From Cardiobacteriaceae bacterium (lineage in GTDB: Bacteria > Pseudomonadota > Gammaproteobacteria > Cardiobacteriales > Cardiobacteriaceae): a stretch of DNA of 64,000 nucleotides. Positions 51,925 through 62,343 of this stretch are shown here, piece by piece. The stretch is taken from positions 69,359 through 133,358 of the forward strand of contig JAUNEA010000004.1 of NCBI GenBank assembly GCA_030525785.1. Direction: 5' to 3'. The notes beneath the pieces were generated by a model. The model saw only the letters and a list, made by a program, of their open reading frames with translations. It was not told the DNA's origin and ran no database searches. The position numbers and the translations under genes are program-made. Numbering within the stretch: the stretch's first letter is position 1; the number at the start of each line of letters is the position of its first letter.

Positions 51925-52365
51925 ATGTGGTTTCTATCCTTCAAAGCGTTACATTTGATTTTTATGGTGTGTTGGTTTGCAGCCCTTTTCTATCTACCGC
52001 GTTTGTTCGTCTACCACGCTATCGCGCAAAGTGAGCAAGATATAGCCAGCCAAAAGCGCTTTGAAGTGATGGAAAGAAGGCTTTATCTCTTGGGCTTGAT
52101 TGGTATGAAGCTAACTTTCATCTTTGGCATTGCCATGCTGTTCTTCCCTGTTGGCAAAACGTATTTAACCCAGCAAGGTTGGTTGCACGCCAAACTTTTG
52201 TTGGTGGTGGGGCTGGTGGTTTATTACGTTCACAGTGGAACCCTTGCAAAGCGCTTTGCACAAGGCAAAAACGATAAAAATCACCGCTACTATCGCATCT
52301 ACAACGAAGCCCCCACCCTCGCCCTGATTTTCATCATCTTTTTAGCTGTTCTCAAACCCTTCTGA
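51925..52365 (+). CDS. hemJ: protoporphyrinogen IX oxidase HemJ (UPF0093)
   Basis: 146 aa, 4 TM helices, HLIFMVCWFAALFYLPRLFVYHA signature N-terminus. Confidence 0.75.
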   Translation: MWFLSFKALHLIFMVCWFAALFYLPRLFVYHAIAQSEQDIASQKRFEVMERRLYLLGLIGMKLTFIFGIAMLFFPVGKTYLTQQGWLHAKLLLVVGLVVYYVHSGTLAKRFAQGKNDKNHRYYRIYNEAPTLALIFIIFLAVLKPF

Positions 52366-52373
52366 GGTAAACC

Positions 52374-53054
52374 ATGACTGCCCACATCGAGAGTTTCAAT
52401 CAACACGGCTTAGACTTCTGGAATCCGCATGGCGCTTACCGCACCCTGCACCACATCAACCCTGCTCGCCTACAATGGATTGAGCGTTATATCACGCTGA
52501 AAAACGCCGACATTTTGGATATTGGCTGTGGCGGTGGAATTTTGAGCGAAAGCATGGCGAAAAAGGGAGCGCGAGTCACGGGGATTGATTTGAGCGAATC
52601 GGTTTTGGAGGCAGCGCGTTTGCATCGTGATGCACAGGGGCTTTCTATTGATTACCAACACATCAGCAGCCAGCAATTGGCAGAGCAAGCAAAGCGCTTT
52701 GACCATATCACTTGCCTTGAAATGCTGGAGCATGTCGATAATCCTGCTTCTGTTTTAAAAGATATTTACCAGCTTTTAAAATCAGGTGGCTATGCCTTTT
52801 TCTCTACCTTAAACCGCAATAGCCTTTCTTATCTCGGCGCGATTGTTTTTGCCGAAAAACTGACCTCGCTCGTCCCACAAGGTACTCACCATTACCACGC
52901 CTTCATCAAGCCTGAAGAACTCTGCGCGATGGTTGAACACGCTGGCTTAAAGCCCAAAGCGCTTTGTGGCTTGAGCTATCACCCCCTACTCAAAACCGCC
53001 ACCCTCAGCCGCAATCTCAGCATCAATTATTTGCTCCTTGCCCAAAAACCTTAG
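52374..53054 (+). CDS. ubiG: bifunctional 3-demethylubiquinone / 2-polyprenyl-6-hydroxyphenol O-methyltransferase
   Basis: SAM motif LDIGCGGGILSE and UbiG-like sequence. Confidence 0.88.
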   Translation: MTAHIESFNQHGLDFWNPHGAYRTLHHINPARLQWIERYITLKNADILDIGCGGGILSESMAKKGARVTGIDLSESVLEAARLHRDAQGLSIDYQHISSQQLAEQAKRFDHITCLEMLEHVDNPASVLKDIYQLLKSGGYAFFSTLNRNSLSYLGAIVFAEKLTSLVPQGTHHYHAFIKPEELCAMVEHAGLKPKALCGLSYHPLLKTATLSRNLSINYLLLAQKP

Positions 53055-53063
53055 AGGCATACC

Positions 53064-53561
53064 ATGAACCATACCCAGCTGATTTTGTTTGACTTAGACG
53101 GCACACTCTTAAACACCACGCTACGCAACCAAGCCCTCTTTACCTTCAAGCCACAAGCCTCGCGTGGGCAACTTTATGAAGGCGCGTTGGAGATTTTGTC
53201 GTTGGTGGAAACGCGTTACCGTTGGGGCATTGTGACCAACAAAAGCGCTTTGGGCGCAGAACAAGATTTACGCCATTTTGGACTTTGGGGCAGACAAAGC
53301 GTTTTGGTCGGCGGAGATACATTAGAGGTTTGCAAGCCAGACCCAGCACCCGTCTTACATGCTTGCGAACAAGCTGGCGTTTTGCCACATCGTGCCCTTT
53401 TTGTCGGCGATGGTTATGCCGATTATGAAGCAGCAAAAGGCGCTGGCGTGCGTTTTATTTTCTGCACCTATGGCTACAGCAAAACCCTCCCACCACACGC
53501 CACCCCCTTTGCCCACATTCACCAACTGACCGATTTAGCACATCTTTTGGAGTTATCGTGA
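53064..53561 (+). CDS. HAD-family phosphatase (Gph/MupP-like, short form)
   Basis: DLDGTL motif I at the N-terminus, VTNK motif II region, K...GDGxxD motifs III-IV. Confidence 0.7.
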   Translation: MNHTQLILFDLDGTLLNTTLRNQALFTFKPQASRGQLYEGALEILSLVETRYRWGIVTNKSALGAEQDLRHFGLWGRQSVLVGGDTLEVCKPDPAPVLHACEQAGVLPHRALFVGDGYADYEAAKGAGVRFIFCTYGYSKTLPPHATPFAHIHQLTDLAHLLELS

Positions 53562-54214
53562 TGAAAAAAATCCTAATCACTGGCGCTTGTGGCAGCATTG
53601 GAAGCGCTTTGGCAAAAGCTCTCGCCCCCAGTCATGAACTGCTGTTGCTGGATTTAGACCCCCTCGCGCTCAATCGTTTAGATGATGAGTTGCGTGCATC
53701 AGGCAATGAGCCGACCCTATTACCCTTCGATTTATGGCGCATGAATTATGACCGTTACCAAAAGCTTGCCCATTTAATTGCCGAAGCACACGGTAAACTC
53801 GATGCCCTCATTCATTGCGCCACTTATTTCACCAATCTAACGCCGATGGAACAAGTTAGCCCTGAAGTGTGGTTGCAAAGCTTGCAAGTTAATCTAACTG
53901 CCGTCCAATGGCTGAATCAAAGCCTGTTGCCTTTGTTACAACAAAGCCAACGTGGGCAAATTCTCATCACCACACACCCCAAGCTCTACCACGAACAAAG
54001 CGCTTATTTTCATGGCTTTGGCGTAAGTCAAAGCGCTTTGAAAACCTTGATTCAAGAATGGCAAGCTGTGGAGGGAAGTACACGCGTTCGTGTGCATGAT
54101 ATTGCCCTTGATTGGTTGGATACACCCTTGAGTCGCAATGTTTTCCCTGCTGCCAAAGCGCTTTGGCAACGCCCAGAACAGATTGTGCATCACTATTTGG
54201 AGGCTCTCTCATGA
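53558..54214 (+). CDS. short-chain dehydrogenase/reductase family protein (YciK-like)
   Basis: ITGACGSIGSALA Rossmann motif. ATGA overlaps with flanking genes. Confidence 0.7.
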   Translation: MMKKILITGACGSIGSALAKALAPSHELLLLDLDPLALNRLDDELRASGNEPTLLPFDLWRMNYDRYQKLAHLIAEAHGKLDALIHCATYFTNLTPMEQVSPEVWLQSLQVNLTAVQWLNQSLLPLLQQSQRGQILITTHPKLYHEQSAYFHGFGVSQSALKTLIQEWQAVEGSTRVRVHDIALDWLDTPLSRNVFPAAKALWQRPEQIVHHYLEALS

Positions 54215-55176
54215 CCCTTTCTCCTCGTCTCACACTCGCTCGCAAAACCCTTGAAGCAGAAGCGGAAGCCATTTTGCTCCAACAAAGCGCTTTGAATGAA
54301 GATTTTCTGACTGTGGTCGATTTATTGAAATCTTTGACTGGTAAAGTGATTACCACAGGCATGGGCAAAAGCGGACATATCGCACAAAAAGTTGCCGCAA
54401 CACTTGCCAGCACAGGAACCCCAGCCTTCTTCATGCACCCAGCCGATGCAGGGCATGGCGATTTAGGTATGGCGCATGAGGGCGATGCGGTTTTGGCATT
54501 TTCCAATTCTGGCGTGAGTCAAGAGTTGATGATAATTGCCAATTCTTTGAAAAACAGTCGAGTACCACTGATTGCCTTAACTGCAAACCCTAAATCGCCA
54601 CTCGCCCAAATCGCCAATCATGTGATTCATCTTCACCCTGTGGAAGAGGCTTGCCCCTACAATCTCGCGCCCACCTCCAGCACCAGTGCCGCTCTTGCCA
54701 TTGGCGATGCTCTTGCGCTCACATTGATGCAAGAGCGTGGCTTTAGCCGTGAAGATTTTGCACGCTCACACCCACACGGCAGACTCGGCAAACGCCTAAC
54801 CACCTATGTCAATCACATCATGCGCACAGGCGATGCCATTCCCAAAAATTCGCCTGAGGATTTGGTGGAAAGCGCTTTGTACAACATCAGCGCCAAATCC
54901 ATCGGTGCAACCCTTATCGCCGAACACCATAAACTGCTCGGCATTTTCACCGATGGCGATTTGCGCCGCGCCCTCGCCTCAACGCCTAATCTCTTGTACA
55001 AACCCTTGTATCAATTCATGAGCGTACAACCTCTTTCTATCCAAGCTGACCGCTTGGCTTATGAGGCAGTGATTATGATGGAATCACGCAAGGTTAGCGT
55101 GTTGCCTGTCTTAGAAGGCGAGAAGCTGGTAGGCGTGTTGCATATTCATGATTTGATTCAAGCTGGGTTGGCATGA
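54211..55176 (+). CDS. kdsD: arabinose-5-phosphate isomerase (SIS + tandem CBS)
   Basis: Start at MTLSPRL; SIS motif ITTGMGKSGHIAQK and C-terminal CBS pair. Confidence 0.88.
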   Translation: MTLSPRLTLARKTLEAEAEAILLQQSALNEDFLTVVDLLKSLTGKVITTGMGKSGHIAQKVAATLASTGTPAFFMHPADAGHGDLGMAHEGDAVLAFSNSGVSQELMIIANSLKNSRVPLIALTANPKSPLAQIANHVIHLHPVEEACPYNLAPTSSTSAALAIGDALALTLMQERGFSREDFARSHPHGRLGKRLTTYVNHIMRTGDAIPKNSPEDLVESALYNISAKSIGATLIAEHHKLLGIFTDGDLRRALASTPNLLYKPLYQFMSVQPLSIQADRLAYEAVIMMESRKVSVLPVLEGEKLVGVLHIHDLIQAGLA

Positions 55177-55610
55177 TGCAGTTAGGGCGTTGGGCATTCC
55201 AAAGCGCTTTGGCGTTGGGGATTGTGTGGCTGGGATATCAGTGGTGGCAACAACATGGGGCAGATTCTCTTCGCCCTGCCCCCATAGAACATACTCAACT
55301 CAAGCTCCATAATGCCACGCTAAGCTTCTTTCCTGAAGCTGGCGCACCTCGTGAGCAAATCTACGTCAAACAATTGGAGTATCACAACCCCCAAAGCGCT
55401 TTGGCACACAACATCAACGCCTTCAGCCAATTGCGCCAAATTCAATCCTTAAAGGCAGAGGATTTACGCCTCGATGGCGAGAATATCATCACCCAAAAGC
55501 CCATCACTCTCTCCGCCTCCACCCAATCCCTGAGCGCGCAAGGCGCTCGTTATCATCTGCCTAATCAACAGCTCTTCTTAACTCAACCCGAGATTACCCA
55601 TGTTCCGTAA
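55173..55610 (+). CDS. lptC: LPS export system protein LptC
   Basis: 145 aa with N-terminal TM anchor and beta-jellyroll body. Located between kdsD and lptA. Confidence 0.7.
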   Translation: MMQLGRWAFQSALALGIVWLGYQWWQQHGADSLRPAPIEHTQLKLHNATLSFFPEAGAPREQIYVKQLEYHNPQSALAHNINAFSQLRQIQSLKAEDLRLDGENIITQKPITLSASTQSLSAQGARYHLPNQQLFLTQPEITHVP

Positions 55611-56106
55611 ATTGCTCATCTTCTTGGCTTGCCAAAGCGCTTTGCTTTTGGCTCAATCCAACAATGAATCAAGCTCAGCCAATGCCATCACACTCCGTGC
55701 CGATCAAGGCGAGATTGACTTTAAAAACGGCACTGCGGTTTACACAGGTCATGTGGAAATCGCGCAAGGTGGGCTGAAAGTCACGGGCGATAAAGTCACT
55801 GCCAAAATCAACGCTGATGATAAATTGCAAACCATTGAAGCTTCAGGAAAACCTGCCACCTTCCGCTATCAACCGCCCAAAGAACCCACCATTCTCGGCG
55901 AAGGGCAAAGGCTGCATTATGATGTGGACAAACAACTCCTTACTCTCGAAGGCAACGCCAAAATTCAACAAGGCGACCACCAAACCACCGCCCATAGCTT
56001 AAGTTACGACCTCAAGCGTGAAAAATTGCGTAGCCAAAAGGTTGAAATGATTTACCAAGTCCCCACCAAAAGCCCCTCCCAATCCTCAAAAAAAACCTCC
56101 CCCTAA
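55600..56106 (+). CDS. lptA: LPS transport periplasmic protein LptA
   Basis: 168 aa, signal peptide, OstA-N-like repeats (GDKVTAKINADDKLQTIEASGKPATFRYQ). Confidence 0.8.
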   Translation: MFRKLLIFLACQSALLLAQSNNESSSANAITLRADQGEIDFKNGTAVYTGHVEIAQGGLKVTGDKVTAKINADDKLQTIEASGKPATFRYQPPKEPTILGEGQRLHYDVDKQLLTLEGNAKIQQGDHQTTAHSLSYDLKREKLRSQKVEMIYQVPTKSPSQSSKKTSP

Positions 56107-56133
56107 CCTTTTAACTTTTCCTGAGTACATTTT

Positions 56134-56859
56134 ATGAGCCTGATTGCCCGCCATCTTGCCAAGCGTTACCAACAAAAAACGGTGGTTGAAAACGCCAGTT
56201 TCGAAGTGCCACAAGGGCATGTGGTGGGCTTGTTAGGCCCTAATGGTGCTGGGAAAACCACAAGCTTTTATATGGTTATGGGGTTGGTGGAAGCTGATGG
56301 TGGGGAAGTTTTGCTTGATGGCAACAATATCACTCCATTGCCCATGCACCGCCGCGCTCGGCTTGGTATCACTTATCTTCCACAAGAGGCAAGCATTTTC
56401 AGAAACTTAACCGTGCGCGAAAACATCATTGCCATCTTAGAACTCACCACTTCCCTGAACAAAGCAAAGCGCTTTGAACGCGCTGATGAGCTGATGGCAG
56501 AATTATCCATCACCCACAAAGCCGACACACTGGGCATCGCGCTTTCAGGTGGTGAACGGCGGCGCTGTGAGCTGGCGCGCGCCCTCGCCACCAACCCACG
56601 CTACATCTTACTTGATGAGCCCTTTGCAGGCGTTGACCCACTCGCAGTACACGAAATCCGTTCACTTATTGAACAACTAACTTTAAAAAACATCGGCATT
56701 TTGATTACCGACCACAATGTGCGCGAAACGCTAAAAAGCTGCCATCATGCCTACATTCTCAGCAATGGGCGCGTGATGGCAGAGGGTACTCCTGAACAAA
56801 TTGTCCGCAATCCTCTGGCAATTCAACACTATCTCGGTCATGATTTTTCTCTCCATTGA
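56134..56859 (+). CDS. lptB: LPS export ABC transporter ATP-binding protein LptB
   Basis: GLLGPNGAGKTT Walker A, LSGGERRRCELARAL signature, ILLDEPFAGVDP Walker B. Confidence 0.9.
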   Translation: MSLIARHLAKRYQQKTVVENASFEVPQGHVVGLLGPNGAGKTTSFYMVMGLVEADGGEVLLDGNNITPLPMHRRARLGITYLPQEASIFRNLTVRENIIAILELTTSLNKAKRFERADELMAELSITHKADTLGIALSGGERRRCELARALATNPRYILLDEPFAGVDPLAVHEIRSLIEQLTLKNIGILITDHNVRETLKSCHHAYILSNGRVMAEGTPEQIVRNPLAIQHYLGHDFSLH

Positions 56860-56867
56860 GGCATTCC

Positions 56868-58259
56868 ATGAATTACAGTCAAAAACTTGATTTAGGCTTA
56901 AAACAAACCCTCAGTTTAACCCCACAACTGCAGCAAGCCATTCGTCTTTTAAGCCTCAATGATTTAGAAATTCAGCATGAAATCTCTCAGTTTCTGGAGA
57001 ACAATTTCATGCTGGAGCGCGATATTGAACGCACCGAGCCTGCTGATCTGGACAGCAAAGAACAAACCCAAGAGCTTGATGGGCAGCTAGATTTTGCCAA
57101 TAACGATTGGCAAGAAGAAGATTTCCCAGAGTGGGAACGTGACCCCATGCCAGAAGATGATGATGAAAAATCGCGCCAAATCGAATACCGCCCCTCGCTC
57201 AGCACATATCTTCTCGAACAAATCGAACAAATGCCCATCAGCGATGAGGCGCGTGAAAGCGCTTTGCTCATTTTGTATCACTTGGAAGAAGATGGCTATT
57301 TCCGCACCGAACTAAGCGCTTTAAGCCGACAGTACAAAATCTCACTCAAGCAACTGGAAGATGGCTTGAATTGTGTTCAGCAATGCCTGCCCACAGGCGT
57401 TGGAGCGCGAGATTTGGAAGAATGCATTTTGTTGCAAATGAATGCCCTACCACCAAGAACCCCCTATCTCTACACCCTACGGCGCATCATGAATCGCCAT
57501 TTTGCCTACATCGTTAAAAACCCTCGACTCATCAAGCAAGCTCTCGATTTAAGCGATACCGCCTTTGCAGGCGCGATGGCATTGTTGCGCAGCTTTACCC
57601 CCTATCCAGCTGAAGCCTTCAGCCAAAACACCAATTACCATGTCTCTCCCGAGATTATCGTGCATGAAAAGCATGGCATCAGTTATTTAGAACCCTTGCG
57701 CTTTGACCATCATGGTTTACGTGTTAATCAAACCTATGCTGAATTGGTCAAGAATTCTTCAGGCAACGAACGCTCATTACTACAAGCCCAATTGCAAGAA
57801 GCCCGTTGGTTTTTAAGCGCTTTGGATAAACGCATGGAAACACTTTACCGTGTGGCGGAGCAGATTGTGGCGTATCAACAAGAGTTTTTCCAAGAAGGAG
57901 AAACCGCCATGCGCCCCTTAACGCGTGGCAAAGTGGCAGAAATTTTGGGCATTCATGAGAGTACTGTTTCTCGCGCGGTATTGGGCAAATATTTGCGTTG
58001 TAAACGAGGGGTCTTTGAATTGCGCTATTTCTTCAGCGCCCAGCTGGAAAATGAAGACGGAGAAGACCAATCCGCCACCGCCGTCAAAGCCATGATTAGC
58101 GAAATCATCAGCCAAGAAAATTCAGAAAAGCCCTATTCTGATATTGATATTGCCAACATTTTGAACGAACGTGGCTACAAAATTGCACGGCGCACCATCG
58201 CTAAATATCGTGAAGCCTTAAATATTCCTGCTACCGCCATTCGCCGAAAACGTATCTGA
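56868..58259 (+). CDS. rpoN: RNA polymerase sigma-54 factor
   Basis: N-terminal Gln/Leu-rich region I, an acidic region, and the C-terminal RpoN box ARRTIAKYRE with an HTH. Start at ATG after GAGG; the tracked ORF begins at an upstream TTG. Confidence 0.88.
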   Translation: MNYSQKLDLGLKQTLSLTPQLQQAIRLLSLNDLEIQHEISQFLENNFMLERDIERTEPADLDSKEQTQELDGQLDFANNDWQEEDFPEWERDPMPEDDDEKSRQIEYRPSLSTYLLEQIEQMPISDEARESALLILYHLEEDGYFRTELSALSRQYKISLKQLEDGLNCVQQCLPTGVGARDLEECILLQMNALPPRTPYLYTLRRIMNRHFAYIVKNPRLIKQALDLSDTAFAGAMALLRSFTPYPAEAFSQNTNYHVSPEIIVHEKHGISYLEPLRFDHHGLRVNQTYAELVKNSSGNERSLLQAQLQEARWFLSALDKRMETLYRVAEQIVAYQQEFFQEGETAMRPLTRGKVAEILGIHESTVSRAVLGKYLRCKRGVFELRYFFSAQLENEDGEDQSATAVKAMISEIISQENSEKPYSDIDIANILNERGYKIARRTIAKYREALNIPATAIRRKRI

Positions 58260-58260
58260 T

Positions 58261-61200
58261 ATGACCACACACCATCTCGCCTTCCAAATCCTAAAACAAA
58301 CCCTTGAGCCAAAGCCCCATTTGTTGGTCTTGCCTGACCACAAAAGCGCGGAATACACCTTCCATATGCTCCATTATTGGCTCCATCAGCATCAACCAGC
58401 CCCCAACCCAGCCCAACAAAGCGCTTTGCCAAGCCTCTACTGGTTCTCCGATTGGGAAACCCTCCCCTATGACACCCACAGCCCACACCCTGATTTAATT
58501 GCCCACCGTTTACGCACACTCAGCGATATTCGCCACAGCCAAGCACTCCATCACCAAAGCGCTTTGGTCGTGTGCAGCGTCAAAGCCTTATCTCAACGCT
58601 TAACGCCACCCTCGCATTTTGACCGTCACGGCATTCACATCGCCATTCATGACACCCTTGAACAAAGCGCTTTGTTAAATAGGCTCCAGCAAGCTGGCTA
58701 CCAAAAAACCGTTTTTATCGCTAACAAAGGGGAATACGCCACCAAAGGCTCAGTGGTGGATTTGTTTCCGTTGAATGCTGACTATCCCATTCGGATTGAG
58801 TTTATGGACAATCGTGTGGAGAGTTTGCGTTATGTGGATTTAACCACGCAGCAAACCCTAAACCGTGTGAGCAAAATCTTGTTGTTGCCCAGAAGTGAAC
58901 TGGATTTATCCGATCGTGGACGGATTTGTTATCGGCAGTCTGCACGACATTGGTTTGGTGAAAAAGTGCAACAAAGCGCTTTGTATCAGCAAATCAGCGA
59001 ACACAAGCCCGTACAAGGTTTGGATTATTATCTGCCACTTTTTTTCGATGAAACCTCAAGCCTACTCGATTATCTTCCCCACGATACCAAACTCTGGCTT
59101 TGCGATGATGCTTGGGCGCAAGCTGAGCGTTTTTATCACAGTGTAGAGCGGCGCTACGAACGCTTGAATCCTCACCGTGAACACCCACTCCTACCACCTG
59201 AAGCCGTGTTTCAACCGCCCAAAGCGCTTTGGAGCCAACTTGAAAAACTGCCACCTCTTCATCTCAAAGCGCTTTGTACGCCGATTGTTTTTCAAGGCAA
59301 TGCCAAAGCACGCTTGGAACAGTGGCAAGCATTCCAACTCGACCCACGCCCCATCATCTGCCACAGCCAAAGCGAGGGCAAGCGCGAGTTATTGGAAGAA
59401 AAACGCTATTTACCCAAAGCGCTTTGCCTTGTCTCTCCCTTAAGGCATTCCTTTGAAACCCAAGAGGAAATCCATCTCAGCGAATGGGATTTGAGCGAAC
59501 ACCCCATCTACCACACTCGCCCCCAAACCAATCCCGAACAAGCTCTCCATCATCTAGGGCATCTCCAGCTTCAAGAGCCACTGATTCATCGCGATTATGG
59601 CATTGGGCGTTATGGTGGCTTAACTCAGCTGGAAGATGATGGTGAGGAAATGCTGACATTGCATTACGCCAAAGGCACCACCGTCTACTTACCTCTCACC
59701 GATTTTGACCTCATCAGCAAATATCACGGCGATCCCGAAAGTGCGCCCTTACATGAATTGGGTGGCAAAGTGTGGCAAAAACTCAAATCCAAAATGGAGC
59801 AAAATGTTCACGATACCGCCGCCGAACTCCTCGAACTTTACGCCAAACGCGAACAAGCTCAAGGCTTGCCTATTCCTACGCCTGAAAGCCTAAGCGCTTT
59901 TTCGGCGGAATTTCCCTTTGAGGAAACGGAAGACCAAATGATGGCGATCGATGCCGTGATACAAGACTTAGCCAAATCTCGCCCTATGGATCGCATGGTT
60001 TGTGGCGATGTGGGTTTTGGCAAAACAGAAGTGGCGATTCGCGCAGCTTATATTGCTGCTCAAGCTGGTTTCCAAACTGCCGTCATCGCTCCCACCACCC
60101 TGCTTGCCGAACAACACGCCAGCACCTTCCGTGACCGTTTCTCCAACACCGCCATCACACTCGAAAGCCTCAGCCGTTTCAAAACCAAAAAAGAGCAACA
60201 AAGCGCTTTGGAACGTCTGCAAGATGGCAGACTGGATATCGTGATTGGTACCCATCGCTTGTTGCAAAAAGATGTGCAATTTAAAAATCTTGGCTTGGTT
60301 ATCATTGATGAGGAGCAGCGTTTTGGCGTAAAACACAAAGAAACTCTCAAAGCGCTTCGGGAAAACATCAATCTCTTAACCCTAACCGCCACCCCCATTC
60401 CACGCACCCTCAATCTCGCCCTTTCTGGCTTACGAGATTTAAGCCTTATCACCACCGCGCCAAAAGGTCGCCGCCCCATTCATACCCATTGGATTGGCTT
60501 TGATTGGGACGTGATTGCCGAAGCTTGCGAACGCGAATTGGCGCGTGGCGGGCAAGTGTATTTCTTGCACAACGATATTCAAACCATCGAACGCCAAGCT
60601 CGTATGTTGCAAGAATTATTACCACAAGCGAGGATTGTGTTTGCTCATGGGCAAATGCCTGAGCGAGAACTCGAAACCATCATGCATGATTTCGAAAATC
60701 ATCATTACGATTTACTCCTCACCACAACCATCATCGAAAGCGGCATCGATATTCCCAATGCCAACACCATCATCATCAACCACGCCGATAAATTGGGGCT
60801 TTCGCAATTGCATCAATTGCGTGGGCGCGTTGGGCGTTCGCATCATCAAGCTTATGCCTATTTGATGACCCCTGAGCCTACAACGCTCAACAAAAATGCC
60901 CAACGCCGTTTAGAGGCTTTTGTCGGCATTGAGAGTTTGGGCGCAGGGTTTGTGTTGGCAAGTCAAGATTTGGATATTCGAGGCGCAGGCGAGATTTTAG
61001 GCAGTGAACAAAGTGGCATCAGCGATGGCTTTGGGCTAAGTTACTATCTTGATTTGTTAGAAAGAACCATTGCACGACTGAAAAAAGGCGAGATGACTCT
61101 TGAGTCTCAAAGCGCTTTAGAGCGTTGCCAGTTTGAACATTTTGGACGCGCGATGGTGCCTGAGGATTATGTGTTTGACCCACAAATTCGCCTACAGATG

Positions 61201-61554
61201 TATCACCAATTGGCGCGTACACAAAGCGCTTTGGAACGTGAGCAGCTCAAAGCGCTTTGGATTAACCAATTCGGCAAACTACCTCAAGAGGCGGAAAACC
61301 TCATCTCCAAAACTGCCCTCAAACAACAAGCCGAGCAAATGGGTATCACCAAAATCCATCTCACCCACCAAGCCATCACCCTCACCATCGGCAACAATCC
61401 TCAATTTGACCGCATGAAACTGTTTGTCCTCATGCAACAAATGCCCCAACAGTATCGCCTCCTCAATCCTCATCAAGTGCGTATGCAGCATCAACATCAG
61501 GAGTTGTCGAAAGTTTTGGGGCAATTGGCAACATGGTTACAAGAGATTGGTTAA
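58261..61554 (+). CDS. mfd: transcription-repair coupling factor
   Basis: 1097 aa with UvrB-homology N-terminal modules, an RNAP-interacting domain, and superfamily-2 helicase motifs (GDVGFGKTEVA; DEEQRFG; QLHQLRGRVGR). Confidence 0.92.
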   Translation: MTTHHLAFQILKQTLEPKPHLLVLPDHKSAEYTFHMLHYWLHQHQPAPNPAQQSALPSLYWFSDWETLPYDTHSPHPDLIAHRLRTLSDIRHSQALHHQSALVVCSVKALSQRLTPPSHFDRHGIHIAIHDTLEQSALLNRLQQAGYQKTVFIANKGEYATKGSVVDLFPLNADYPIRIEFMDNRVESLRYVDLTTQQTLNRVSKILLLPRSELDLSDRGRICYRQSARHWFGEKVQQSALYQQISEHKPVQGLDYYLPLFFDETSSLLDYLPHDTKLWLCDDAWAQAERFYHSVERRYERLNPHREHPLLPPEAVFQPPKALWSQLEKLPPLHLKALCTPIVFQGNAKARLEQWQAFQLDPRPIICHSQSEGKRELLEEKRYLPKALCLVSPLRHSFETQEEIHLSEWDLSEHPIYHTRPQTNPEQALHHLGHLQLQEPLIHRDYGIGRYGGLTQLEDDGEEMLTLHYAKGTTVYLPLTDFDLISKYHGDPESAPLHELGGKVWQKLKSKMEQNVHDTAAELLELYAKREQAQGLPIPTPESLSAFSAEFPFEETEDQMMAIDAVIQDLAKSRPMDRMVCGDVGFGKTEVAIRAAYIAAQAGFQTAVIAPTTLLAEQHASTFRDRFSNTAITLESLSRFKTKKEQQSALERLQDGRLDIVIGTHRLLQKDVQFKNLGLVIIDEEQRFGVKHKETLKALRENINLLTLTATPIPRTLNLALSGLRDLSLITTAPKGRRPIHTHWIGFDWDVIAEACERELARGGQVYFLHNDIQTIERQARMLQELLPQARIVFAHGQMPERELETIMHDFENHHYDLLLTTTIIESGIDIPNANTIIINHADKLGLSQLHQLRGRVGRSHHQAYAYLMTPEPTTLNKNAQRRLEAFVGIESLGAGFVLASQDLDIRGAGEILGSEQSGISDGFGLSYYLDLLERTIARLKKGEMTLESQSALERCQFEHFGRAMVPEDYVFDPQIRLQMYHQLARTQSALEREQLKALWINQFGKLPQEAENLISKTALKQQAEQMGITKIHLTHQAITLTIGNNPQFDRMKLFVLMQQMPQQYRLLNPHQVRMQHQHQELSKVLGQLATWLQEIG

Positions 61555-61584
61555 TCAGGCACAAAGCGCTTGGGTGAAAATGAG

Positions 61585-62343
61585 TTAGGCATTTTGGTTT
61601 AAGGTGCGCAAAATATCCAAAAAGAATTGGCTTTCATCATCATCAACCCATGCCAACCCATGATGCCAGCCTAAATTATGGAAAACACGCTGATATTTTG
61701 GCTGCTCACTCAAAAACAAAAAGATTTTTTGAATAGCTTTGGCATAATCAATAGAGCTTTCGTGTATCAAAAAAACATGGTGCAAAACTTCCAAACGGCT
61801 TTCAATGAGTATACGGTATTCCGATTGTCGGCTTGGGCTAAGTCCATAAAAATAATCAGCATAAACAGCACCTACGCCAATATCCAATCCGCCAACTTTT
61901 CTCATTACCGCAGGTAAATGTCCCACATAATGCCAGCAAATATCTTTGGGGCTAAAATCCACAGCTTCTAACAACAATTGGCTGACCAACGTCAATTCCT
62001 TATTGGATAAAGAAACCATATCCAAAGGCTTAGGCAAATCCTCTAATGTTTTAATTTCACTATAAATACTGGAAAACAGAATAATCTCATCACTCACTTC
62101 TTTGGGCTTCATAAAAGCTTCATAATGGTATTTTTCTGTTAATTCAATCACATCAAAAGGATTGGCATACACCAATTCAGGGCGATGCTCCTGAAGAAGG
62201 CTATCAAATTCCTCATGGTTTTCAGGCGTTAATAAAACCACATCACGATTTAATTCATTTTGCAGCATATAAGTCAATAAACGCCAATCAATATAAACTT
62301 CAGGGCTATAATCTGGCGCAACCAATAATTTAATCACTTTCAT
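61585..62343 (-). CDS. PhnD/SsuA-like periplasmic-binding-fold protein lacking a signal peptide
   Basis: 252 aa; type-2 substrate-binding-protein-like sequence but no N-terminal signal sequence. Its start overlaps (ATGA) the stop of the upstream PAS gene. Confidence 0.5.
   Translation of the reverse strand: MKVIKLLVAPDYSPEVYIDWRLLTYMLQNELNRDVVLLTPENHEEFDSLLQEHRPELVYANPFDVIELTEKYHYEAFMKPKEVSDEIILFSSIYSEIKTLEDLPKPLDMVSLSNKELTLVSQLLLEAVDFSPKDICWHYVGHLPAVMRKVGGLDIGVGAVYADYFYGLSPSRQSEYRILIESRLEVLHHVFLIHESSIDYAKAIQKIFLFLSEQPKYQRVFHNLGWHHGLAWVDDDESQFFLDILRTLNQNA

Noticed and set aside
55173-55610. Absence of kdsC between kdsD and lptC (E. coli order is kdsD-kdsC-lptC)
   Set aside because: Gene order varies among Gammaproteobacteria and kdsC may be elsewhere. 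Not anomalous enough to report as a finding.
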